A DNA stretch of 64,000 nucleotides, from NCBI GenBank assembly GCA_052145735.1, contig JBKQOA010000019.1, positions 2,783-66,782 of the forward strand, in the 5' to 3' direction. Source of the stretch: Limisphaerales bacterium. GTDB lineage: Bacteria; Verrucomicrobiota; Verrucomicrobiia; Limisphaerales; UBA11358. A model generated the notes under the pieces. It did not search any database and was not told the origin of the DNA. It worked only from the letters and a program-made list of their open reading frames with translations. The number at the start of each line of letters is the position of its first letter. Within the stretch, counting starts at the first letter, position 1. The translations under genes and the position numbers were made by a program. Positions 1 through 8,172 of the stretch are shown in pieces.

Positions 1-354
1 CGCGTAATATTTCACCACCCCGACACCGGAGTGGGACTTGAAAATCACGACCAGCAGGCAGTGTTCGTCTACGTTGACGACGAACATGCTGGCATTTTCG
101 CCCTGCTGGTAAATGCTGTTGAAACTGGTTTCGTTGACGAGGCCGGCGATGGTCTGGTTGGCCATGAACGCGCCGGAGGCCAGCGCGCCGATGCTGGTCA
201 TGTCGAAATCATGCGCATCGCCCTGTTGCGTGATGAGGAAGCCGCCCTTGTCGATGATCAGCGTGGCCATCGCTTCGGTGCTGGCGATGAATTCACGCAA
301 CACTCCGTCGAGATGGCGGATGTCTTCCTCGATAAGTTGGGGCAGGGTGGCCAT
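1..354 (-). CDS. mglB: Roadblock/LC7 domain protein, MglB-like GAP (3' end runs off the window)
   Basis: Not in the ORF track. Manual translation from ATG at 354 gives MATLPQLIEEDIRHLDGVLREF...ATLIIDKGGFLITQQG...SIGALASGAFMANQTIAGLVNETSFNSIYQQGENASMFVVNV...LLVVIF...GVGVVKYYA, the MglB pattern. It lies directly downstream of mglA. Confidence 0.88.
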   Translation of the reverse strand, partial: MATLPQLIEEDIRHLDGVLREFIASTEAMATLIIDKGGFLITQQGDAHDFDMTSIGALASGAFMANQTIAGLVNETSFNSIYQQGENASMFVVNVDEHCLLVVIFKSHSGVGVVKYYA

Positions 355-355
355 G

Positions 356-970
356 TCAGGCGTACTGCGGAACGCTTTGGTTGATGAATTTGTGCAACAG
401 GAGGCGCGTGATCATGTTCAGCGACTCGAACACGCCCTCGCATTTGTGCGCCGTGGCGCCGAACGACGGCACCTGCACTTCGCGGTTGTTCAGCAGGTAT
501 TCCATGTATTCCATGGGCGCGGCATTGGGCAGGTCGCGCTTGTTGTATTGCAACACGTAAGGAATTTCCGCGAGGTTGAGTTTGAGCGAATTCAAGTTAT
601 CCACGAGGTTTTGGAAACTATCGACGTTCTCCGGCATTTTTTCGTATTGCGAATCGGCCACGAACACGATGCCGTCCACGCCGCGCAACACCAGTTGCCG
701 GGTGGTGTTGTAAATCACCTGACCGGGCACGGTGTACAGCTGGAACTTGGTCTTGAAACCTTTGATGGTCATGGCTTCGATCGGCAGGAAATCGAAAAAC
801 AGGGTGCGGTCGGAGCTGGTGGCCAGCGACACGAGTTTGCCCTTGTTGCCTGCGGCGGTTTGCACATGGTCATGGACCTGCACGAGGTTGGTCGTCTTGC
901 CGCCCATCGCCGGGCCGTAATAGACGATTTTGACCTGCAGTTCTTTGGTGGCTTGGTTGATGATGGCCAT
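356..970 (-). CDS. mglA: MglA-family small Ras-like GTPase
   Basis: KIVYYGPAMGGKTTNL (G1), DRTLFFDFLP, FQLYTVPGQV (G3), LQYNKRDL (G4). Confidence 0.95.
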   Translation of the reverse strand: MAIINQATKELQVKIVYYGPAMGGKTTNLVQVHDHVQTAAGNKGKLVSLATSSDRTLFFDFLPIEAMTIKGFKTKFQLYTVPGQVIYNTTRQLVLRGVDGIVFVADSQYEKMPENVDSFQNLVDNLNSLKLNLAEIPYVLQYNKRDLPNAAPMEYMEYLLNNREVQVPSFGATAHKCEGVFESLNMITRLLLHKFINQSVPQYA

Positions 971-974
971 AGGA

Positions 975-2879
975 TTATTGTTTTTTTCTGTCGAGTTCGG
1001 CGGCCAGGGCGGCCAGTTGGGCGCTGGGCAGTGATTCGCCCGCTTTTCCGAAGGCGGCGAAATAAACCGCGTTCACGCGGAAAATCCTCCAGGGCACGTT
1101 GCCGACGGTGAAATTGAAATTATTCAACGAGCCCATCCGCAATTCCTTGGTACTCTGGCTCACGCGGTCGAAAATCTGCGGCAAAAACGCAGCCAGGGTG
1201 TCGGCGTTCAGATCGGGCGGGACCTGGCTGGCTACCCGCAAACCGTCCGGCAGCGCCACCACCACGCCCACCACCCCGGGCAGGTTCATCGCGCGCTCGA
1301 CGATTTCCTTTGGTGTCGCGTAGCGGCTGGCGAAGTCCGTGGCCGGTTTTTGGAGGTGTTTATATTCGGTTTCGTCCATCCTGGGCGTTTCAGCTTCGTC
1401 GCCCCAGATGTAATAATTGGAGTCCGCGAGCTTGGCGTCCACCGGCTTGAGGGCAGGCCGGGCTGGCGGTGGTTCCGGCAGGGGACGAACGGGCTGCGGC
1501 TCCGGCATCAGCCGGAGAGGCGGCGGTTCCGGAGCGGGCGGCATAGGCTGTGGCTCCGGCATTTTGGCCGGCGGTGGCGGCGGCGACGATTCGGGTTGTG
1601 GAAAACCAAAAAACAAATTAGGGATTTCAGCCGGAGGCTGTGCCGGGGATTGCGTCCGGGGCGCGGCTTTTTGTCGGGCGAAAAACAACGGAGCGATGAC
1701 GCTCAAGGGCAGTTCCAATTCGATGCCGTCATGAACGGATGCCGGCGGCGGCGGTTTGATGAGAGGGCGCAGGTTTCGCCAGGTGAAAGTGATGCGTCCG
1801 CGTTTCAAGGCCGGCTCGATCAAGTGAGTCGGCAGCAAAACCTGGGCATGAGCCAGATTTGACTGTATGATTTCGAGTCGCAGTCCTTCCGGCCAATGTT
1901 CCGAGAGCGCGGTCAGCGGGGCGGAAATGGCCCCCGATTCCATCGGGGCCGGGGCCATGTGGACCGGGGCCGTGTGGACTGGTGCCGCCGGGGCCGGGGC
2001 CGCTGTTGTCGGGGGCGGCGGGGGAATAACGGGTTTCGGCGCGCCGTTGCTGTGGGGTGTGGCCACGTCGGAGGAGAATGAAAATGAAGTGTCATGCGAC
2101 ATGGATGACGGAAGTGGTGTCGTGACGCCTGAAGCCGGGGTAATGGCGCGGGGTACAAACGCCGGCGGTGGAGGGGTGACGGGTATCGGCTGAGCGGGCG
2201 GCGGATTAACGGGTGCGACCATGCGCAATGACTGTGGGTTGGTGCGCCGGGTCAGGTCGGTGGACGGCGTGGGTTTGGTGTTGGATATTTTCGCTCCTTG
2301 TCCGCCGGGGCCGAAGGGTCCGGTGATTTCCTCGGTGACTTCGACGTGTTTTTGCGCGCTGCGGCGTGACAGGCGGGCCGGGTTGAGCCGCGTCAGGATT
2401 TCATTGAGTGGCAACGTCACGGCCTTGGGATCGTGCTCGCCGCCGGAATTGACGAAGACACCCGGGGCGGCCTGGCGCAATTCGCCGAAAGTGATTTTCA
2501 CGGAGCCAAACGCGAGTTGGGTCAGGATTTTTTCCAGCCGGAGGGAAATCATCGAACCCGGTGGCGGTGCCTGAATGACTTTGGCGCGCAAATCCATGGT
2601 CAGCGCTGCCAGGATGGGAGCCAGCGGCAATTGCAATTCGTCCGGGTTTTCCACCGGCGCGTGGGGCGTGGGGAAGGCCGGGGTCGTGGATGCCGGCGGG
2701 GGCGCCATTTGCGGGTGAACAATGGTAACCGGGGTGGCCATCACAGGAGAGACGGGGCTGTGGGAAACGCGCGGCGTCTGGGGCGCGGTGGCATCAGCTT
2801 CATTGTCGTCGAGGCGGCGCAGCAGGCCCCGCAGCAACCCGGCAAATTTTGTTTTCACGCTGTTTGACATGACACTCAT
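975..2879 (-). CDS. Proline-rich multidomain protein with C-terminal Roadblock/LC7 domain
   Basis: C-terminus LPGVVGVVVALPDGLRVAS...ADTLAAFLPQIF...ELRMGSLNNFNF...AVYFAAFG is Roadblock-like; long Pro-rich linkers; ends 4 bp before the mglA start. Confidence 0.8.
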   Translation of the reverse strand: MSVMSNSVKTKFAGLLRGLLRRLDDNEADATAPQTPRVSHSPVSPVMATPVTIVHPQMAPPPASTTPAFPTPHAPVENPDELQLPLAPILAALTMDLRAKVIQAPPPGSMISLRLEKILTQLAFGSVKITFGELRQAAPGVFVNSGGEHDPKAVTLPLNEILTRLNPARLSRRSAQKHVEVTEEITGPFGPGGQGAKISNTKPTPSTDLTRRTNPQSLRMVAPVNPPPAQPIPVTPPPPAFVPRAITPASGVTTPLPSSMSHDTSFSFSSDVATPHSNGAPKPVIPPPPPTTAAPAPAAPVHTAPVHMAPAPMESGAISAPLTALSEHWPEGLRLEIIQSNLAHAQVLLPTHLIEPALKRGRITFTWRNLRPLIKPPPPASVHDGIELELPLSVIAPLFFARQKAAPRTQSPAQPPAEIPNLFFGFPQPESSPPPPPAKMPEPQPMPPAPEPPPLRLMPEPQPVRPLPEPPPARPALKPVDAKLADSNYYIWGDEAETPRMDETEYKHLQKPATDFASRYATPKEIVERAMNLPGVVGVVVALPDGLRVASQVPPDLNADTLAAFLPQIFDRVSQSTKELRMGSLNNFNFTVGNVPWRIFRVNAVYFAAFGKAGESLPSAQLAALAAELDRKKQ

Positions 2880-3199
2880 ACATCACACTCACTGTCCATC
2901 AACCGACAGGTTCCTTGGTTTTAGCAGGAAGCACGCCAACGGCTGGTTTGGGGTTCGACTTCAGGGCCCGCTTCCTTGAAGGTTGCCGGAAGCGCCGGGT
3001 CGGCGGGAAATTTGTCTCAGCGTTGGACTCCTTTGTCCCCAGTCTGTTCAGATTGTGGCATTTAAATTTTCCGGCCGACCTGTCCCAATTGGGAACGCCG
3101 ATTGCTTCTTCCTTGTCAGGTATAAGATTTAATAGCGCTGTTGGCACTTTTCGCACTTGTGTTTGCGGGGCGGCGGCGTTAGCGATTAACGCCATTGGA

Positions 3200-4270
3200 A
3201 TGGAAATGCGTCATAAAATTCTCGTCCTGGATGACGATGCAGCCTGGCTGGGGTTGTGCAATGAATTGTTCACCCACCTGCCCAGCAAGCCGGAAATCCG
3301 CACTGTGGCATCGGGTGCGCGCGCCCTGGCGCTCATGGAAACCGAGCCGTTCCGGCTGTTGATCTGCGATTTGAAGATGCCGCGCATGGACGGTTTGCAG
3401 GTATTGTCCATCGTCCGCCGCCGGTTTCCCGAATTGCGCACGGTCGTGTTGAGCGGTCTGGAGGACGAGGAATTTCGTTCGCGCGCCTACGCCCTGGGCG
3501 TGGATTTGTTCTGGCTCAAAACCGACATGCAGTCCAATTCGCAGATGTTCCTGGACTGCATCGAATCGCTTTTGGGGCGCGACATGGAGGGCGGCTTCCG
3601 GGGCATCCAAAGCAAAAGCCTCATGGACATCATCCAGATGGAATGCCTTTCGCGCAGTTCCACCATGCTGCGCATCACCCGCGGATCGCTCGTGGCCAAA
3701 CTTTGGATCCAGGATGGTGAATTGATTGACGCGGAAACCGAAGGGGCCCGCGGCGAGGCGGCGTTTCTGCGGATTCTCGCGTGGAAATCGGGCACGTTTG
3801 AAAATCTGCCCGCCGAGCCCGGGCGCGAACGCACCATTCTCAAGCCGGTCAACGCCCTGCTGCTGGAGTCCGCGCAGGCAATCGATGAAACCGCGGATGC
3901 CATCGCCTCTGAATCCATCGAACAAACCGCCCATCGGAAGACCATTTGGAAACTGGCGTTGCTGACACGCGAAGGCGCGGAATTCGTCATCGTCGTGCCG
4001 TCCGATGGCCAGGGTGAAACCGAGACCATGGGCATGCCACCCTCCGAACCGCTGGCCAAATGGGCGCGCCGCGTCGGCGAAACCGCCAAACGCCTCGGCG
4101 AACGGATCGAGGTCGGACCCCTGATACACGTTGCCAGTCATAATCTGGAACGTCAGATGCTGGTTTTGAACCGGGAAAACAAAAGTTTTCTCATCGGCTG
4201 GCCGCCGCAGGCGGAACCCGGCCCCTTGTTGGAAAAAAGCAAAAAACTGGTTTCGTCATGGGATTCTTAA
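3200..4270 (+). CDS. Response regulator: receiver domain + DUF4388/PATAN-like domain + Roadblock-like C-terminus
   Basis: KILVLDDD...LLICDLKMPRMDG receiver; SLMDIIQMECL...KLWIQDGELIDAE...GEAAFLRILAWKSGTF resembles DUF4388; start placed at ATG 3200 (or 3206). Confidence 0.85.
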   Translation: MEMRHKILVLDDDAAWLGLCNELFTHLPSKPEIRTVASGARALALMETEPFRLLICDLKMPRMDGLQVLSIVRRRFPELRTVVLSGLEDEEFRSRAYALGVDLFWLKTDMQSNSQMFLDCIESLLGRDMEGGFRGIQSKSLMDIIQMECLSRSSTMLRITRGSLVAKLWIQDGELIDAETEGARGEAAFLRILAWKSGTFENLPAEPGRERTILKPVNALLLESAQAIDETADAIASESIEQTAHRKTIWKLALLTREGAEFVIVVPSDGQGETETMGMPPSEPLAKWARRVGETAKRLGERIEVGPLIHVASHNLERQMLVLNRENKSFLIGWPPQAEPGPLLEKSKKLVSSWDS

Positions 4271-4575
4271 AACGATTTTTCCGTTCCCGGGCGGCAGTGC
4301 AGCAACTGCCGACCGGCAGTTTGACCGTGGACCGCAACGGCCAGGTGGTCACGACCACGGTCTCATCCGCCTATCCCAAGGCGTTGCTGCGCGACATCGG
4401 TCACGAAGTGCTGGGCCTCTTTCAGGAGGCGCGCGCGGCCCAGATGCCGCTGGCTGAGATCAGCCTCCATTTCGCCAGCCTCCGCATCACCGCCCGCGAA
4501 TTGCGCGGTGGCGCCATCATTTTTCTTTTCCCGCAAGCCGCCTTTTCGCCCACGACAACCGCACCACACTTATGA
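4258..4575 (+). CDS. Hypothetical protein, possible divergent Roadblock/longin-like fold
   Basis: Overlaps the end of the upstream gene; GSLTVDRNGQVVTTT, then a helix, then ISLHFASLRITARELRGGAIIFL. Confidence 0.65.
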   Translation: MGFLKRFFRSRAAVQQLPTGSLTVDRNGQVVTTTVSSAYPKALLRDIGHEVLGLFQEARAAQMPLAEISLHFASLRITARELRGGAIIFLFPQAAFSPTTTAPHL

Positions 4576-4964
4576 CTGCCAAAGAACTCAACCAATTGGT
4601 CACCCAGATCGAAACGCACATCGAGTGCTGGAAACAGTTCAACCATTTCATCAACGTCGCGCGCGGAAAGAAGTTCGGGCCGGCGGAGGAGAGCCATTTC
4701 CTCGAAATCAAAAGCATCATTGTGCAGGAGATTGAGTTGATTTACGCCGCCATTGAAGTCGCCTCGCCCACGCGCGACGAAATCCATGCGCTCATCGGCA
4801 ATGCGCCGTCGTTGCGTTACCTCGGCGAAATGAGCGAAGGCGCGCTCCGGGGCCTGGAAGCCCAGTGGCACAAGATTTACATCGCCTGGCACTCCATCCT
4901 GGGCCAGCTCAAGGTCAAACAGCACGGCGAGGAAGTGAAGTCGTTCTGGGGCGCAAAAAAATAG
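4572..4964 (+). CDS. Hypothetical, predicted all-helical protein
   Basis: ATGA overlap with the preceding gene; protein-like composition. Confidence 0.75.
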   Translation: MTAKELNQLVTQIETHIECWKQFNHFINVARGKKFGPAEESHFLEIKSIIVQEIELIYAAIEVASPTRDEIHALIGNAPSLRYLGEMSEGALRGLEAQWHKIYIAWHSILGQLKVKQHGEEVKSFWGAKK

Positions 4965-5074
4965 CGCCGGCGTCACTTCTTTCTTGCCTGCCGCGCCGGT
5001 TTCGCGTCCAAATGATCCCTGCCTGACCGGCCGGTCGCAGCCAGTCCACGGATGAACAGGGGAATTTCATAAAC

Positions 5075-5935
5075 ATGCTCAATTATTTTCAAATTCTGAT
5101 TTTGGCGCTGATTCAAGGCGCGTGCGAGTTGCTGCCGGTTTCAAGCTCGGCCCACGTCATCGCGGCGGAAAAACTTATGAAACTGGATCCAGCGAGCCCC
5201 GAAATGGTCATGTTGCTCGTCATGTTGCACACCGGAACCATGTTCGCGGTCATCGCCTACTTCTGGAAAAACTGGCAACGTGACTATTTCACCGCTCCGG
5301 GAAAACTCCGGTGGTTTGCCATCCAGATTGTGGTGGCGACCTTTTGTACCGGAATCGTGGGTTACGGATTGAAGGAGGTCATCGAGAAAATCTTCATGCG
5401 CGGCGTGCCGCACGCCGAGGTCGAGGACTTGTTCTCCAATCTGCCGTTGATCGCGGGAGCGCTGGCGGCGGTCGGAGCCTTGATTATTTACGCCGGACTG
5501 CGCGAGGAAAAATCACCGCGCCATTCAGAAATTCAGCCGATGCACTCGTGCTGGATCGGCATCGTCCAGGGCATCTGCCTGCCCTTTCGGGGATTTTCGC
5601 GTTCGGGTTCGACCATTTCCACCGGCCTGCTGCTCGGCCTGCCGAAGCAGAATCTGGAGGAATTCAGTTTTGCGCTGGCCGTGGTCCTGACGCCGCCGGT
5701 GATCGCCAAGGAGGCTCTCCGTCTGCTCAAACAACACGCCTTGAGCGGCCAGGGTTCCGTCCTGCATCTTTTCGTGCCGGGCCTCGTTGGCATGGTGTTC
5801 AGCTTTATGGCCGGGCTGCTGGCGTTGAAATGGCTTTCCCGCTGGCTGGAGCGCGGGCGTTGGAAACTCTTTGGCTATTATTGCCTGGTGGCGGCGGCGG
5901 GCATGTTGCTCCTCCATTTCAAGCTGCCGCGTTAA
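5075..5935 (+). CDS. uppP: Undecaprenyl-diphosphate phosphatase (BacA/UppP)
   Basis: IQGACELLPVSSSAH and GFSRSGSTI motifs; multiple TM segments. Confidence 0.92.
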   Translation: MLNYFQILILALIQGACELLPVSSSAHVIAAEKLMKLDPASPEMVMLLVMLHTGTMFAVIAYFWKNWQRDYFTAPGKLRWFAIQIVVATFCTGIVGYGLKEVIEKIFMRGVPHAEVEDLFSNLPLIAGALAAVGALIIYAGLREEKSPRHSEIQPMHSCWIGIVQGICLPFRGFSRSGSTISTGLLLGLPKQNLEEFSFALAVVLTPPVIAKEALRLLKQHALSGQGSVLHLFVPGLVGMVFSFMAGLLALKWLSRWLERGRWKLFGYYCLVAAAGMLLLHFKLPR

Positions 5936-5978
5936 ATCACCGCATCCGATTTTGGTTTCAATCCGCCGGTTGCGTAAA

Positions 5979-6551
5979 TCACTGCGCTGGTGCCGGAATG
6001 AAAATCTTCTTCCCGACAATCAGATTTTTCGGATCCAGTCCGGGGTTCGCCTTCAAAATCTGGTCGGTGGTCACCTTGATCCCCTGGTCACGATACGCCT
6101 TGGCAATTGCCAGCAGGGTGTCGCCACGCTGGATGGTATAATCGTAACCTTTTTGCGGACCGTTGGCCGGGGTCGAATTGTCGGTCGTGGTCGTGGAAAC
6201 GGCCGGTGGCGACTTGTGTCCCGAAGTCGGGCCGCCGACCTTGCCGAGTTTCTCGATTTCCTTCAAAATCAGTTCCCGGTCCGCCAGCCGTTTCTTGTCA
6301 ACATCCTGGATCTGGTCGGTGAGTTTCTGCAAGTCGTCCGCGTTCGCGCCGGGCCCGCCCGCCTTGTCGCGCAGGTCGCTGATTTCCTTTTCCAGCGCGT
6401 CGATGCGCTTTTTCTGCACATCCAGCGTTTCTTGCAGGTCCCGAATGTGGCCGTTGAGTTCGTTGATTTGCTGCTGGGTCGCGTCATCCTGGGCGCGCGC
6501 GGCGGCAAATGAAAGGCTGAGGATAAAAAACCAAACCAAGATTCGTTTCAT
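5979..6551 (-). CDS. Secreted coiled-coil protein with C-terminal LysM domain
   Basis: Signal peptide; YTIQRGDTLLAIAKAY...ILKANPGLDPKNLIVGKKIFIP. Confidence 0.9.
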   Translation of the reverse strand: MKRILVWFFILSLSFAAARAQDDATQQQINELNGHIRDLQETLDVQKKRIDALEKEISDLRDKAGGPGANADDLQKLTDQIQDVDKKRLADRELILKEIEKLGKVGGPTSGHKSPPAVSTTTTDNSTPANGPQKGYDYTIQRGDTLLAIAKAYRDQGIKVTTDQILKANPGLDPKNLIVGKKIFIPAPAQ

Positions 6552-6581
6552 GCGCCGAAAATAAACCTCCCTGCGCCCGCG

Positions 6582-7904
6582 TCAAGCCGCGTCCAGCCGT
6601 CCGTAACGCCGGATTTGCGGCCAGACCCAGGCCACCGCCAGGACGGTCAAAATGGTTCCGACGCCGCCGGACACGACTGAAACCACCGCCCCGGTGACAA
6701 TGGTGTGGCCCAGGGTCGGCCCGAAGATTTGCGCGACGGTGCCGGACTCGAACCCGCCCAGTTCGTTGGACGTGCTGATGAAGAGGTTGTTGACGGCGGA
6801 GACGCGTCCGCGCTTGTCATCCGGCGTGAGCATCTGCACCAGCGTGTGCCGCACCACCACGCTGACGTTGTCCACCGCGCCGCACGTGAACAGCATGAGA
6901 ATCGAGAACCAGAACCATGTTGAAAACCCGAACCCGATCGTGGCCAGCCCGAAAACCGTAACGGCCAGCAACATCGCGCGCCCAGCCTTTTGCAGTGGCG
7001 GACGGTGATTCAAAATAAACACGCAAAGCAGGGAACCCATCGGCAGCGCCGCCTGCAAAACTCCAAGCCCGGCCGGCCCGACGAACAGGATGTCCCTGGC
7101 ATAAATCGGCAGCAACGCCGTTGCGCCGCCCAGCAGCACCGCGAACATGTCGAGCGAGAGAATCCCCAAAATTATTTTGCTCGCATAGACGAACTTAAAC
7201 CCCGTCAACAGCGCCTGGAGCGTCATGGGTTCCTTGACGACGACGGTGTGTTGCCGGCGCACCCGGCTGATAAACCCGCAAAAGACCAGCGACGTCAGCG
7301 CATTGATGGCATAAACGGGCGCCGCCGGGGACGCGGAATGATGTCCGGCCATCCAGGCGATCATTCCGCCGGCCGTGGCCGGGCCGATGATGCTGGACAG
7401 ATAAAACACGCTGACGTTCCAGTTCACCGCGCGCGGGAACACCTTGCGGTCCACCAGCGCCGGCAAAAAAGCGGCGTTGGCCGCCCACATGAATGTGCGT
7501 GCGGTGCCGCCGACAAACAGGCAGAGATAAATCCAGCCGACCGGCGCCCGGAGCACCGAAATCACGGCCACGCTGGCGCTCGCCGCCGCCAGCACCGCCG
7601 TCATCCACATCACCACCCCTTTGCGGTTGTAATTGTCCGCCACGTGCCCCGCCGGCAGCGTGAACAGAATCATCGGGACCATTTGCGTGAGTCCCACCAG
7701 GCCCAGCGCCAGCGCCGAACCGGTGCGTTCGTAAAGTTCCCAGCCGATGGCCATGGCGAACATCTGCTGGCCGAGCAACGCCACCAGGCGGCCCAGGAGA
7801 TAAAACGTGAAGTCCCGGTTCCGGAAAATGGCATAGGGATGGTCGTCGTCGGTTTTCACCGGCGGCGGCAAATCTTCAGGCAATTCAATTTCGTCCATGG
7901 ACAC
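6582..7904 (-). CDS. MFS transporter (EntS/H+ antiporter-like)
   Basis: About 12 hydrophobic segments; AGHVADNYNRK; TPDDKRGRVSAVN. Confidence 0.9.
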   Translation of the reverse strand: MSMDEIELPEDLPPPVKTDDDHPYAIFRNRDFTFYLLGRLVALLGQQMFAMAIGWELYERTGSALALGLVGLTQMVPMILFTLPAGHVADNYNRKGVVMWMTAVLAAASASVAVISVLRAPVGWIYLCLFVGGTARTFMWAANAAFLPALVDRKVFPRAVNWNVSVFYLSSIIGPATAGGMIAWMAGHHSASPAAPVYAINALTSLVFCGFISRVRRQHTVVVKEPMTLQALLTGFKFVYASKIILGILSLDMFAVLLGGATALLPIYARDILFVGPAGLGVLQAALPMGSLLCVFILNHRPPLQKAGRAMLLAVTVFGLATIGFGFSTWFWFSILMLFTCGAVDNVSVVVRHTLVQMLTPDDKRGRVSAVNNLFISTSNELGGFESGTVAQIFGPTLGHTIVTGAVVSVVSGGVGTILTVLAVAWVWPQIRRYGRLDAA

Positions 7905-8004
7905 AATGGTGTTTAATCTAGCCTAAATTCCCCGCTGGTCGAGTGCTCAGAAATGGCCGGGCCTTGATTTGCAGACGCCGCAGACCGTTGCTACCATCAT
8001 TCGC

Positions 8005-8172
8005 ATGGACGACCAAAACAGAAACCCGCCCCGCTACCGATGGCCGTGGTTTGTGTTGGCGGCGTTTTTGCTGGGCGTGATCCTGGCGATTGTGTGGATG
8101 AGCTGCGCCGTCCACCGGGAAAGACAGGAACGCGACGTGAACGCCCCTTTGCCTGGCGCGCCGGCGCGCTAA
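8005..8172 (+). CDS. Small single-TM membrane protein
   Basis: MDDQNRNPPRYRWPWFVLAAFLLGVILAIVWM; preceded by TTGCAG-17 bp-TACCAT promoter-like motif (7969-7997). Confidence 0.6.
   Translation: MDDQNRNPPRYRWPWFVLAAFLLGVILAIVWMSCAVHRERQERDVNAPLPGAPAR

Noticed and set aside
2915-3199. N-terminal extension of the response regulator in the ORF track
   Set aside because: It is the divergent promoter region; the receiver domain starts at 3200/3206.
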